Assembly (NCBI GenBank): GCA_965222375.1
Contig: CBDCTZ010000015.1
Location: 352,001 to 416,000 of the forward strand
DNA: 64,000 nucleotides
From: Polyangiaceae bacterium
GTDB taxonomy: Bacteria; Myxococcota_A; Polyangia; Polyangiales; Polyangiaceae
Reading direction: 5' to 3'
The notes under the pieces were generated by a model. It was not told the origin of the DNA. It saw nothing but the letters and a program-made list of their open reading frames with translations, and did no database searches. Both the position numbers and the translations under genes were made by a program. Positions 1-9,257 of the stretch are shown piece by piece; the stretch's first letter is position 1, and each line of letters starts with the position of its first letter.

Positions 1-63
1 TGAGGTTGCGTCGGGCTGCAGCGCGGCCTCGCAATCAGGGTCAGCTGGCGGCGAGTGCTTCAC
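1..63 (-). CDS. 5' end of a CDS running off the window (hypothetical)
   Basis: GTG at 63-61 overlaps the upstream stop (GTGA). The frame MKHSPPADPDCEAALQPDATS stays open to the window edge. Confidence 0.4.
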   Translation of the reverse strand, partial: MKHSPPADPDCEAALQPDATS

Positions 64-1322
64 CTATCGCTCCCCGCGTTGATACGGTCCCAAGCGGGGC
101 CAAGCAGTGTCGAGTACAGCAGCACGGCGTCCCCGACTTGGTTGCCAGCGGCGAAGCGCAAGGTGTCTTGCTCTCGCAGAGGGAAGCCACCGAGCAAGAT
201 GGCTCGACTGAGGGACTGGTAGTAGCGCTGGTCATCAAAGGCGGCCGCGCCGACGAAGGCCAAGCCGCTGGAGCCGGCGCTAGCGTCCAGGACCGGGATG
301 ACCGGGCCCGAGTCCACGTCAGCTCCATTCTGCCAGGATGCGGGCCACTCGCTGGCGTAGCCAAAGCCCACGAACTCCTTGCCGAGTTCGGCGCGCGCGC
401 GGCGATACTGATCGCCAGCAAACTCAGCATTGATGATCTGCAACGCGTGGGCGCTCATCCAGATGCTCGAGCCTTCGGGACCGTCGAGCACCTTGCCGTC
501 CACGGTGTAGCTAGAGACGAGCAAACCCGTTTCGGGATCGACGAGGTTGTTTTTCGCGGTTGCGACCCAGCGCCGCAGCAGCCGCGAGTGATCCGAACCG
601 TCCAAATGGTCTGCAACCCGCATCGCCGCCAGGGCGATGGTGTTGCAGAAGGTCCAGCATTCGTTGGGATAGCTTTCCGCGGATAGCACCGGGCTCTTCC
701 CCATGCGCTCAGCCATGACACGCACGCGCTGCTCGAGAGGAGCGCGGTACTCGGCTTTTTCCGCGACCATTCTGCGCAAGCCCAACATCAGCGCGATCTC
801 GCCGTCGAGGAACTGGCTGCGCGCCGGCGCGGTCACGAAGTCCCCTCGCTGAGCATAGGGCATCAGGAAGTGGAACATTCCGCGCTCGCGCTCTAGCTTC
901 AGCGTTTCGTCGATGATGCGATCCATCACGACGAGGTTCTCAGCCTGGGTGCTCGGATCTCGGAGGCTGAGGTTGGCGAGGGACCAAACTAGGAAGCTGC
1001 GCCCCATGAAATCCCATTCCGCATTCGTGCTACGCATGCGATCGAGTTGGCCTTGGCGAAGCTCCGGGTCCGCCCAGAGCGCGGTGTGGCGCTTCGCAAG
1101 CTGGCGGGCGGCGGTCGAGACTCCTTGGGTGCGCAGGGGCTCCCTCGGCTCGAAGAAGAAGCGCAGGCCCAAGAGACACACGGCCAGGGATGCCCCAAGA
1201 GCGATGACCGTCGCGAGAAGGCTGGCCCGGCGCTGGAGGGCCGATCCCAGCCGGGCTGCGCCGCCGCCAGCGGGCGGCGCAGCCGACTCTTGGGGGATGG
1301 GCTGCGAGACTTGGAGGTCCAC
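60..1322 (-). CDS. Linalool dehydratase/isomerase-like membrane-anchored protein
   Basis: 420 aa with an N-terminal TM helix. Motifs EWDFMGRSF and ESYPNECWTFCN resemble the Cys-containing active-site segment of Ldi-domain proteins. Confidence 0.55.
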   Translation of the reverse strand: MDLQVSQPIPQESAAPPAGGGAARLGSALQRRASLLATVIALGASLAVCLLGLRFFFEPREPLRTQGVSTAARQLAKRHTALWADPELRQGQLDRMRSTNAEWDFMGRSFLVWSLANLSLRDPSTQAENLVVMDRIIDETLKLERERGMFHFLMPYAQRGDFVTAPARSQFLDGEIALMLGLRRMVAEKAEYRAPLEQRVRVMAERMGKSPVLSAESYPNECWTFCNTIALAAMRVADHLDGSDHSRLLRRWVATAKNNLVDPETGLLVSSYTVDGKVLDGPEGSSIWMSAHALQIINAEFAGDQYRRARAELGKEFVGFGYASEWPASWQNGADVDSGPVIPVLDASAGSSGLAFVGAAAFDDQRYYQSLSRAILLGGFPLREQDTLRFAAGNQVGDAVLLYSTLLGPAWDRINAGSDR

Positions 1323-1399
1323 GGGTCTTAGTTAAACCCGCACCGGTGCAGTCCGTTGGGAGGCCGCGTGGAGAGCGTGTGGAGAAACCTCAAGGTCAT

Positions 1400-1590
1400 C
1401 ATCCCGAAACGCAGAGAGCTACCCTCGTTGCTCGTTGCGTCGAAGGGCGTTCCGCAACGGGCAGCGGGCACGGAAATGCCTGTGGGAGCCTGCGCGAAAC
1501 CGGTAGCCGAGCCCGAGTAGACATCCCAACGGGACTGTCCGACGGCGGCGCCGCAGCCGTCGCTAGTCACGATCAGATCCGGGCGCCACC
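1400..1590 (-). pseudogene. Remnant of an FG-GAP/VCBS-repeat secreted protein
   Basis: RPDLIVTSDGCG...RWDVYSGSATGFAQAP resembles an FG-GAP blade. No signal peptide or further repeats. Confidence 0.4.
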
Positions 1591-1874
1591 AGTCCAATCA
1601 CGAAGGACAACGCAAGCTGCTTTCGAGTTTCCACGACGTAGCGTTCAGCAACTATCCTGCCGAAGAAAACCGCCGAAGAACCGCAGCAAGGCTGTGGCAC
1701 CAAAGCCTCAGCTGCACGAATGGATGAGGCTCGACCCGAGTTGGCCGGTGCCTCGAGGTCGCGGAGGCCAAGCCGGCCAAACGCAGTAGAGTGTACCGCG
1801 CCTAGCGTCGGCTACTCCTCTGGTCACCCCTGACTGTTGCGGGGCATCCGGGCGAAGATCACAGCTGAGACTCG

Positions 1875-2699
1875 ATGAGACGATACGACCTCGATAGCTT
1901 GGAAAACCGTGACCCCGATCTGATTGCATCTACCTGGGCACGGATAAGGCCGATCCTCGACGCGTTCTTTCACCCGGTCGTGCGTGGCATCGATCGGATC
2001 CCAAGCGGCCCGGCGTTGTATGTGGGCAACCACAATGGCTCCATGTCCTGGGACTCCTTCACGTTCTTCGGCGAAGTGTTCCAGCAGCGGGGCATTGACT
2101 ACGTGCCGTATGCACTCGGACATGAGCTCACCATGCGGTTACCGCCATTCCACCAAGTGTTCGTACCTTTGGGCGCGATTCGCGCCTCTCACGAGAACGC
2201 TTCCCGCGTCTTTGAGCGAGGCAACAAGCTGCTCGTTTACCCAGGCAGCGACTACGACGCTTTTCGTGCATATCGCGATCGCGATCGCATCATTTTCGGG
2301 CCGCGTCGGGGCTATGTGCGATTGGCGTTGCGAGAGCGCGTCCCGATTGTTCCGGTCGTGTCCGCCGGCGCTCATTCCGTGTTCTACGTTATCGACGACG
2401 GACAGTGGCTCGCGAAGGCTCTGAGACTCGATCGACTCTTTCGGGCCAAGGCCTGGCCCATCACTCTTTCGATCCCTTGGGGGCTCACGATCGGACCTCC
2501 TCCTCCTTACATCCCGTGGCCGTCGAAGTTCTTCCAGGAAGCACTCGACCCGATCATGTTTGAGCCCACGGGGCCCGACGCGGCTGCGGACGACGTCTAC
2601 GTCGAATCCTGCCACGACCTAGTGCTGACCTCCATGCAACGCGCCATGAACCGACTCGTGGCGGAGCGAAGGGCGTCCCGTAAGACTGCCCGACACTAG
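1875..2699 (+). CDS. Lysophospholipid/diacylglycerol acyltransferase family protein
   Basis: Motifs VGNHNGSMSWD (NHx4-6D), LLVYPG, GYVRLALRERVPIVPV. Confidence 0.85.
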   Translation: MRRYDLDSLENRDPDLIASTWARIRPILDAFFHPVVRGIDRIPSGPALYVGNHNGSMSWDSFTFFGEVFQQRGIDYVPYALGHELTMRLPPFHQVFVPLGAIRASHENASRVFERGNKLLVYPGSDYDAFRAYRDRDRIIFGPRRGYVRLALRERVPIVPVVSAGAHSVFYVIDDGQWLAKALRLDRLFRAKAWPITLSIPWGLTIGPPPPYIPWPSKFFQEALDPIMFEPTGPDAAADDVYVESCHDLVLTSMQRAMNRLVAERRASRKTARH

Positions 2700-2790
2700 C
2701 GGTGCGCCCGTTCGCAGCGCACAGGGAACCGCTGGTCTCACGGGAAACCCCAGCCTGCTGGCGAAGCAGGCGCCGACAGGGGCGGGGCCC

Positions 2791-4230
2791 TCAACTGGCA
2801 GCTGAGATGACGTGTTGGGCGGCCTTCTTGCCGTGGCGAAAGGCCTGCTCGTTCATGGGCACCATAGCGCATTTGGCCTTGAGGCTGATCCGTAGAGCGG
2901 TCAGGTACGATTCCTCTTCCATGATCTGCGTTGCGGCCTGGAGTGCCCCGAGCGCCACGACGTTTTTCACCACGACCGAGCCGAGCTCCTGGGCGATCTT
3001 GGCACAAGGCACAGGCACGACCTTCACATCCGCGGCGACCTTTGGAGCGTTCTTGATCATGCTCGAGTCGTAGATGACGATCCCACCCGGTCGGACGCTC
3101 GACGCGAATTTGTCCAAGCTGGGTGCGTTGAAAGCCAGGAGCACATGGGGATTGGGCGCAGAGGGCGACAACACTTCGTCACGCGCAACGTGCACGTCCG
3201 CATAAGACGTACCTCCCCGTGACTCGGGACCGTAGCTAGGAATGTGGGTCGCGTCGAAGCCTTCATTGATGGCGGCCTTGGTCATGAGCAAGGCCGCGGT
3301 CTGGGCGCCATCGCCTCCAGCCCCGGCGAGTTTGATGGATACGTCCGATGGGTCGAGATGCTCGGGAAAGGTCTTGCAGAAGGTCGGCGGTGTCTCGGCG
3401 CTTGCGTCGATCACACTCGCCACGGTTTGAGGATCGAAGTTGGGCTTACCCGGGTCGAACCAAGACTCCCGCACTTCATCTTTGACTACACCGAGAGGAT
3501 ACGTCTTGGTGAGCACGTTCTTGACGTGCTGCTCCGCCTCGGTGGGGCTCATCTTCCAGTGGATCGGGCATTCGCTCAGAATCTCCACGAAGCCGAAGCC
3601 GCGGCCTTCGACCTGCATCTTGAGCGCCTTCTTGATCGCCTTCTTGGCGGCCTTGCGCTGTTTCTGATCGAAAAGGGCGCAGCGCTCCACGTAGGAAGCG
3701 CCGTCCAACTGGGCAATGACTTCCGAGACATGCATGGGCTGACCCTGCATGGGGCCGCGGCCATCGGGAGTGGTGGAGGACACCTGCCCCATCAGCGTGG
3801 TCGGAGCCATCTGGCCGCCAGTCATGCCGTAGATGGCGTTGTTGATGAAGACGACGCTGATCGGGATCCCGAGCTGAGCCGCGTGCATGATCTCGGCGAG
3901 ACCGATCGACGCGAGATCCCCATCGCCCTGGTAGCTGACGACGATGGAATTCGGGTTCGCAAGCTTGTGCCCGAGCGCGACGGCGGGCGCACGGCCATGC
4001 GCGGCTTGGGTATTACCCGTGTCGAAGTAGTAGAACAGGAACACGGCGCAGCCCACGGGCGAGATCATCACGGTGCGCTCTTGCACCTCCAGCTCGACCA
4101 GGGCTTCCGCCAAATACTTGTGGGCCAGTCCGTGACCGCAGCCGGGACAATAGTGGGTGGCCGCACCCTTCAGACCTTTGCCGTGGGCGTGTCGGTCGAA
4201 ATGCTCGAGGAAGGCAAGACTAGTCATCAC
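2791..4230 (-). CDS. 2-oxoacid:ferredoxin oxidoreductase, fused beta (TPP-binding) and gamma subunits
   Basis: YCPGCGH, HGRAPA, QGDGD...NNAIYGMTGGQ (TPP). C-terminal half has AGAGGDG and PSYGPESRGG (gamma). Confidence 0.92.
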   Translation of the reverse strand: MMTSLAFLEHFDRHAHGKGLKGAATHYCPGCGHGLAHKYLAEALVELEVQERTVMISPVGCAVFLFYYFDTGNTQAAHGRAPAVALGHKLANPNSIVVSYQGDGDLASIGLAEIMHAAQLGIPISVVFINNAIYGMTGGQMAPTTLMGQVSSTTPDGRGPMQGQPMHVSEVIAQLDGASYVERCALFDQKQRKAAKKAIKKALKMQVEGRGFGFVEILSECPIHWKMSPTEAEQHVKNVLTKTYPLGVVKDEVRESWFDPGKPNFDPQTVASVIDASAETPPTFCKTFPEHLDPSDVSIKLAGAGGDGAQTAALLMTKAAINEGFDATHIPSYGPESRGGTSYADVHVARDEVLSPSAPNPHVLLAFNAPSLDKFASSVRPGGIVIYDSSMIKNAPKVAADVKVVPVPCAKIAQELGSVVVKNVVALGALQAATQIMEEESYLTALRISLKAKCAMVPMNEQAFRHGKKAAQHVISAAS

Positions 4231-5603
4231 GACACCTCCTGAATCGTGCGCACCTTGTCGTAGACCTCTTGATCGTCCGGCAAGATGCCGCCCATGTGGC
4301 GCAAGTGGTGGATCTTCACGTCTCGGGTGTCAGCGTGGTGCAGCGCGAGACGCATTTCATCTTCCAACTGACCATCGCTGGCTTCGACTACGAGTACGTC
4401 TTGGGCCTTTTTCAGCAGGGGACGCAGCGCGTCGACGGGGAACGGCCACACGGTGATTGGCTGAAACAAACCGACTGAGCGGTTCTCTCTGCGCAAACGT
4501 TCGACGGCAGCTTTCGCCATGCGCGCGGGTGTGTTGCACGCAACCACGATGACGTCCGCCCCCTCGGTGCGGAACTCCTTGGAGCGCTGCTCCGTGCGCT
4601 CCATCTCGCGGTACTTCTCGCACAGCATCTCGTTGTGGCGTTCCAGGTCTGCCCAGTCCTGGAAGATGGAGCTGTTCAGGTTGCCTTGGTGTGCGGCGTC
4701 GCCCCAGACCGCCCAATCCGGCAGGCCAGGCTCGATCATGTGGTCCGGCAGGTTCACGCGGCCCGTGATCTGGCCGAGGTAGCCATCCGCCGCGACAATC
4801 ACGGGGTTGCGGTACTTGAAGGACAGCTCGAAGGCATCCATGGTCAAGTCGAGCATCTCCTGGGGCGTGGTCGGCGCCAGAACGATGGCGTGGGTGTTGC
4901 CGTGTCCAAGGCCGCGACAGGCGAGCTTGATGTCGGATTGCTCCGGGCCAATGTAACCGAGACCGGGCCCGGGTCGCATCACGTTGATGAACACCGACGG
5001 CAGCTGGGTGCCGATCAAGTAGGAGATCCCTTCGAGCATCAGGCTGAAGCCGGGTGAGCTCGTGAAGGTCATCGTGGGCAGGCCCGCACCGCCGCAGCCG
5101 TACATGTGATTGACCGTGGCAACCTCGCTGCACGCTTGAAGAAACACTCCGTGCAGCCGGGGCAGAAGTGCAGATAGGAGCTCCGCTCCCTCCGTGGATG
5201 GCGTGATGGGGTAGCCAAATACGTGGCGGCAGCCGGCCAAAATCGCACCGACCGCAGCGGCGTAGTTGCCCTTGAGCACCATGGGCTCCAACTTGGGCAG
5301 CGCAATGCGTTTGTCGGGAGTGCTCTCGGGCTTGGGTCGGACACGCTCTTTTTCGCCGAAGAGCATCGACGGATCTTCCAATTCGTAGCCCGGACGTGCG
5401 AGGCCATAGGGCTCCGGGCACGCGGAGATGCACAGGCCGCAGTGATTACAAATGTCGTAGTCGATCGTGACCGGTATCAATCCCGACGCTTGATTGATGT
5501 CACTGCCCATACTGATGGCGTGCTTGGGACACGCTTCGATACAGCGGCCGCACCCTTTGCACAGCTCGGTGGTCAGGACTACCGGGGGTCGTTCTTTCGC
5601 CAT
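4227..5603 (-). CDS. 2-oxoacid:ferredoxin oxidoreductase, fused delta (2x[4Fe-4S]) and alpha subunits (VorB-like)
   Basis: CKGCGRCIEACP and CNHCGLCISACP, followed by GYPITPSTE, TSSPGFSLM, MRPGPGLG. Stop overlaps the next start (ATGA). Confidence 0.92.
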   Translation of the reverse strand: MAKERPPVVLTTELCKGCGRCIEACPKHAISMGSDINQASGLIPVTIDYDICNHCGLCISACPEPYGLARPGYELEDPSMLFGEKERVRPKPESTPDKRIALPKLEPMVLKGNYAAAVGAILAGCRHVFGYPITPSTEGAELLSALLPRLHGVFLQACSEVATVNHMYGCGGAGLPTMTFTSSPGFSLMLEGISYLIGTQLPSVFINVMRPGPGLGYIGPEQSDIKLACRGLGHGNTHAIVLAPTTPQEMLDLTMDAFELSFKYRNPVIVAADGYLGQITGRVNLPDHMIEPGLPDWAVWGDAAHQGNLNSSIFQDWADLERHNEMLCEKYREMERTEQRSKEFRTEGADVIVVACNTPARMAKAAVERLRRENRSVGLFQPITVWPFPVDALRPLLKKAQDVLVVEASDGQLEDEMRLALHHADTRDVKIHHLRHMGGILPDDQEVYDKVRTIQEVS

Positions 5604-6160
5604 CGCGAACCCATCCCTTCTGCGACGCTACCTGTGGCAGCGTGGCGCGATCCGGGATGCCACAGCGCATCGAAGACGACCAGGGCTCGCGCCGACAAAG
5701 CCGTGGCCGGCGGCCGTGTCTGGCGAGTTGCGACGACGCCGACTGACATCCGTCATCTCGCAAGAACCGAGCGAGTTTCGACCTTGCAACCGCGCGAAAA
5801 TCTACGAGCAGGATCCGCGCACTTGGCAACGCCGTTTAACTGGCTGGTTTCGCACCAGCGCCGGCGTGGCAGCTGCCTCAAATGGCCGACCGAGAAGCTG
5901 GAGCGAAGGGCGGCGGCCTGGTTGGCGAACTTTGTTCGAGCTGGTTTGGCTGGGGTCGAGCGATGCGCTTCGTGACACCCGACGGGGTGATGTGTCGGCG
6001 CCGCAAGGCGAGCCGCCACCAAGTTGGCCATGGGAACGCCAGCGACAATCGGCAGCACAAGCGCACAGAATGACCCAGGGACAGGACGATGTTGTAGACA
6101 ATCTTGCAGGTAGTCTCGGTGCGCTGGACGTGGTGGCCACTCGCATCGCATGCTTGCCAG

Positions 6161-7366
6161 ATGCGTGGGCGATGCGAGAGATCTGGCACCGCCGCTTTCA
6201 TCGCCGGCGTCGCAATCGGGTGCGGAGGCACATCCGCGGGCCCTAAGGCTCCGAAGACGGCGCCACCCATAGCGACGCTGTCGCTCTTTGCGGAGGGGCC
6301 GTGCTCGACGCTTTCAATAGCGGCCGCAGGAAAGCGACGCTTCATCGTGTTTGGAGATCATGGACGCCGTTTCGGAGGTTGGCTTCCCGGGGAGGCCCTC
6401 GCAGCTGCGCAGTCGCTGGTCGAGCTGCGTGGCGGCCGGGCCTACCGGCGTCCGGAGCTGGTCGACGGCTTACCAACAGACGCTCGCGGCTACGTGCGGG
6501 GAGCGCTCGAAGTCGGCGGCAGCGCCGACGCACCCTGGCTCGTGCGCACAACGACTCGCTACAGCAAGACCAAGCGCGGCCCTCTCTTCGAAAAAGTGAG
6601 CGATGGGTACCTATTCGATTCGAAGTGGCGATCCACGACCGAGCCAGTGTCCATCCCGGCTCGCGCCCGGCGCCTCCCAGGCCTGCCACGCAGCACGGCC
6701 TGCGGTGGCGGCCTGCGCTGGGTAGCCCTGGCATGGACACCGACCCCAGCTGGCGGCGTGGTCGTCGCGGGGCGCTGCGACGACGCGCGCGCGGCCAATC
6801 TGCTCCAGACGAGAGTGGTCGTTGCCCATGGAGCACCGAACGCGACTACCTGGAAACTCAGCGAGCTGCCCGAAACGGACGTGCTCGATGGGATCGTCAA
6901 CCTCGATGTCTACGCTGCAGCTGAAGACAACGTGTACGTCAGCGCCTACGAACCCTACAAGGAGCCGGAAGAGCGCCACTCCTATCTGGCGCACTTCGAC
7001 GGCAAGCGATGGCGCGACCTGCCTATCGACATCGATGACGGTATCATGGCTATCAGCGGGGATGGCGAAGGCAGCCTATGGCTCGCCGCAGGCCGGGCCG
7101 CGTACGTGATGCGAAAGCGGCGCGTCGAGCGATTGCTGCTGCCCCGACTCAAGTACGTTTCAGGAGCCCAACCGACCCTGCACGTTCACGATGTTCACCA
7201 TCTCGACTCTGAGTTGTGGATAGAGGCAAGCTATCGAGTGGCGCTTCCGGGAAAGCGTGGCTCCCACTGGGCAAGCGCTCTGTTCAGTTCTCGAGCCCCG
7301 GCAGCACCATTGTATTGCGATGCCCGGGAGCCGGCAGAAAGCGCACTCGTCGAGGGCAAGCCATGA
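6161..7366 (+). CDS. Hypothetical lipoprotein (possible beta-propeller)
   Basis: ATG 6161, lipobox VAIGC, LAHFDGKRW-type propeller motifs. ATGA overlap with the next gene. Confidence 0.65.
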   Translation: MRGRCERSGTAAFIAGVAIGCGGTSAGPKAPKTAPPIATLSLFAEGPCSTLSIAAAGKRRFIVFGDHGRRFGGWLPGEALAAAQSLVELRGGRAYRRPELVDGLPTDARGYVRGALEVGGSADAPWLVRTTTRYSKTKRGPLFEKVSDGYLFDSKWRSTTEPVSIPARARRLPGLPRSTACGGGLRWVALAWTPTPAGGVVVAGRCDDARAANLLQTRVVVAHGAPNATTWKLSELPETDVLDGIVNLDVYAAAEDNVYVSAYEPYKEPEERHSYLAHFDGKRWRDLPIDIDDGIMAISGDGEGSLWLAAGRAAYVMRKRRVERLLLPRLKYVSGAQPTLHVHDVHHLDSELWIEASYRVALPGKRGSHWASALFSSRAPAAPLYCDAREPAESALVEGKP

Positions 7367-9231
7367 CGCGCGTTGGAGCATCGCTGCTGATCGCGCTGTT
7401 GGTTGGCCTCGCACCGCACAGCGCCACCGCGTTGTTCCCCCCGCGCTATGCCGCATGCCAAGACGAATCCGAGCGGCGCACCGTCAAGCTGAGCAAGCAG
7501 CCAACGCCGCTATGGCTGCCGCTCCCGAAGAAGCGCATTGCACCGCTCCGAGTCGCACCAATGGAAGTCGACGATGTTGCCCACGCGGAGGCGATGCCCT
7601 CCCGTCGCGTCGCCCCGCGCGAAAAACCACCGACTCGCGTTGTGCTGGTTCAGAGCCGCAATGATTACCGCTGCGTGGGGATCCCGCGGGGCACACCAGG
7701 TATCCTACGGGTGATCTCAGCACCGCCCGGCGCCCGCTTCTACCGCCACAATCATCCGAACTCCTGGCGCCAAAGGAACATGCGCGCGGCGGGGGTATTC
7801 AACTTGAAGAGCGCGGTACCAGCGCTGCGCCGCGAGCTGGCGCGACCCATACCCAAGGACGCGGAACCCTGGCTGCAGCACCAGCTGCGACGCAACAAGC
7901 ACTACGCCGCCCGCGCGTTGGCGGACATGGGGGACCGCACGTCCGGCCCGGCGGTGCTGGCACTGCTCCGTAGCCTCGAGCGTGACGGATTCAACCTCTG
8001 GCGAGACACCCTGGACACGCTGCTGCGTCTAGAACCGCGCAGAGCACAAGCTTATGCCTTGGACCTGATCCGCCGCGCGACGCGCGATCCGAAGCTGTTC
8101 AAAGAAAACTCCCAGCTGCTCACAGATGTTCTCCCCCTCGTCACCACTCCCAGCGCCGGAGCCCGGGACGTGATCGAGCGGGCAGCATTCACCCTCGTGA
8201 CCGATGACGCCGCCGCGCGTGGCCACTTTTCCGGCGCGTGCGAACTAGTCGCCGCCCGGGTCCGCATGGGCAACACCCAGCTGCAAAGCGAGTTGCGCCA
8301 CGAGCTCGCGACAGATCTGCGCACCCAGCGAGCTGTGGCTTGTTACAGCAAGTGGATGCCGGTGCTCTTCCCGGGCCACGACTCCCGCGAGGCGGATGCT
8401 TGGATGCATCGCCATCGCTACCTGGCTTTGCTCAACTGGCTGGCGCGGACTCGGAAGGGCGAGCCGAGCCAGAACGATGTCGACGCCCGACGCCGATTGC
8501 TGAGTTGGCTAAAGGCCCGCGCGAAAAAGCCCGACATCGTCAAGAACGAGCGCGACCGCCGTTACTCGCCCAACAAGCGAGCGCTGCACTTGGCGGCGCT
8601 CGCTGCCATGGGTGAGCGCAGCGCCAAGTCAGCTTTGGACACTCTGATCAGGGACCCCGCTGATGACGGAACAGCACCCTGGATCGCAGCCTTGCATGCG
8701 CTGCGCCTGGAGCTGCCTGCTGCCGCGGATCTGGCCGCTGAGCGCCTGCGCCTTGGCATTAGGCAATCTACCCGGCGATTTTCGAGCAAGCGCTGGGACA
8801 GACGCGGGGCCGTGAACATCACAGAGCAGGGGCACGTGATCGAGGAGTTGGCGCGGCGTGGCGATGCACGCTTCGCCCTTGGCCTACTGAGTAGGTCGGT
8901 GTTCGATCGCGAGCTGACCGCAATGCTCGTTGCACGCCGCAAGCCGGCACGAGCCTGCGAGATCGTGGGCAACGCGGCAGCCAAAGCCCAGCGACAGGCC
9001 GTGGACGACGCCTTCTGGTCCCTCAGCGTGCTGGGCAGCAAGTGCCGGGCCACCATGCAGCGCCTGACGAAGGACTCGTCTCAGCCGCCATCTGTGCGCG
9101 GCATGGCCAATGAGTACCTAGCAATGTTGCGAGACAAGTCGGTGCCGTCGCACACTGCGGTCTTGCTGCGCGACCGCGACCATCGCGCCAGCGCCCAGCG
9201 CGCCCGTATCATATTCAGTGCAAAGGAATGA
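7363..9231 (+). CDS. Secreted alpha-helical (HEAT-like) repeat protein
   Basis: ATG 7363, signal peptide MTRVGASLLIALLVGLAPHSATA, helical repeats such as AARALADMGD and LAALAAMGE. Confidence 0.65.
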   Translation: MTRVGASLLIALLVGLAPHSATALFPPRYAACQDESERRTVKLSKQPTPLWLPLPKKRIAPLRVAPMEVDDVAHAEAMPSRRVAPREKPPTRVVLVQSRNDYRCVGIPRGTPGILRVISAPPGARFYRHNHPNSWRQRNMRAAGVFNLKSAVPALRRELARPIPKDAEPWLQHQLRRNKHYAARALADMGDRTSGPAVLALLRSLERDGFNLWRDTLDTLLRLEPRRAQAYALDLIRRATRDPKLFKENSQLLTDVLPLVTTPSAGARDVIERAAFTLVTDDAAARGHFSGACELVAARVRMGNTQLQSELRHELATDLRTQRAVACYSKWMPVLFPGHDSREADAWMHRHRYLALLNWLARTRKGEPSQNDVDARRRLLSWLKARAKKPDIVKNERDRRYSPNKRALHLAALAAMGERSAKSALDTLIRDPADDGTAPWIAALHALRLELPAAADLAAERLRLGIRQSTRRFSSKRWDRRGAVNITEQGHVIEELARRGDARFALGLLSRSVFDRELTAMLVARRKPARACEIVGNAAAKAQRQAVDDAFWSLSVLGSKCRATMQRLTKDSSQPPSVRGMANEYLAMLRDKSVPSHTAVLLRDRDHRASAQRARIIFSAKE

Positions 9232-9257
9232 GCCCGGCGTGAATGCGGTATGCAGAC

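Noticed and set aside
5880..6150. Possible membrane-protein fragment (IVYNIVLSLG / FCALVLPIVAGVPMANLVAARL) on the minus strand
   Set aside because: It needs a frameshift and matches no family I can name.
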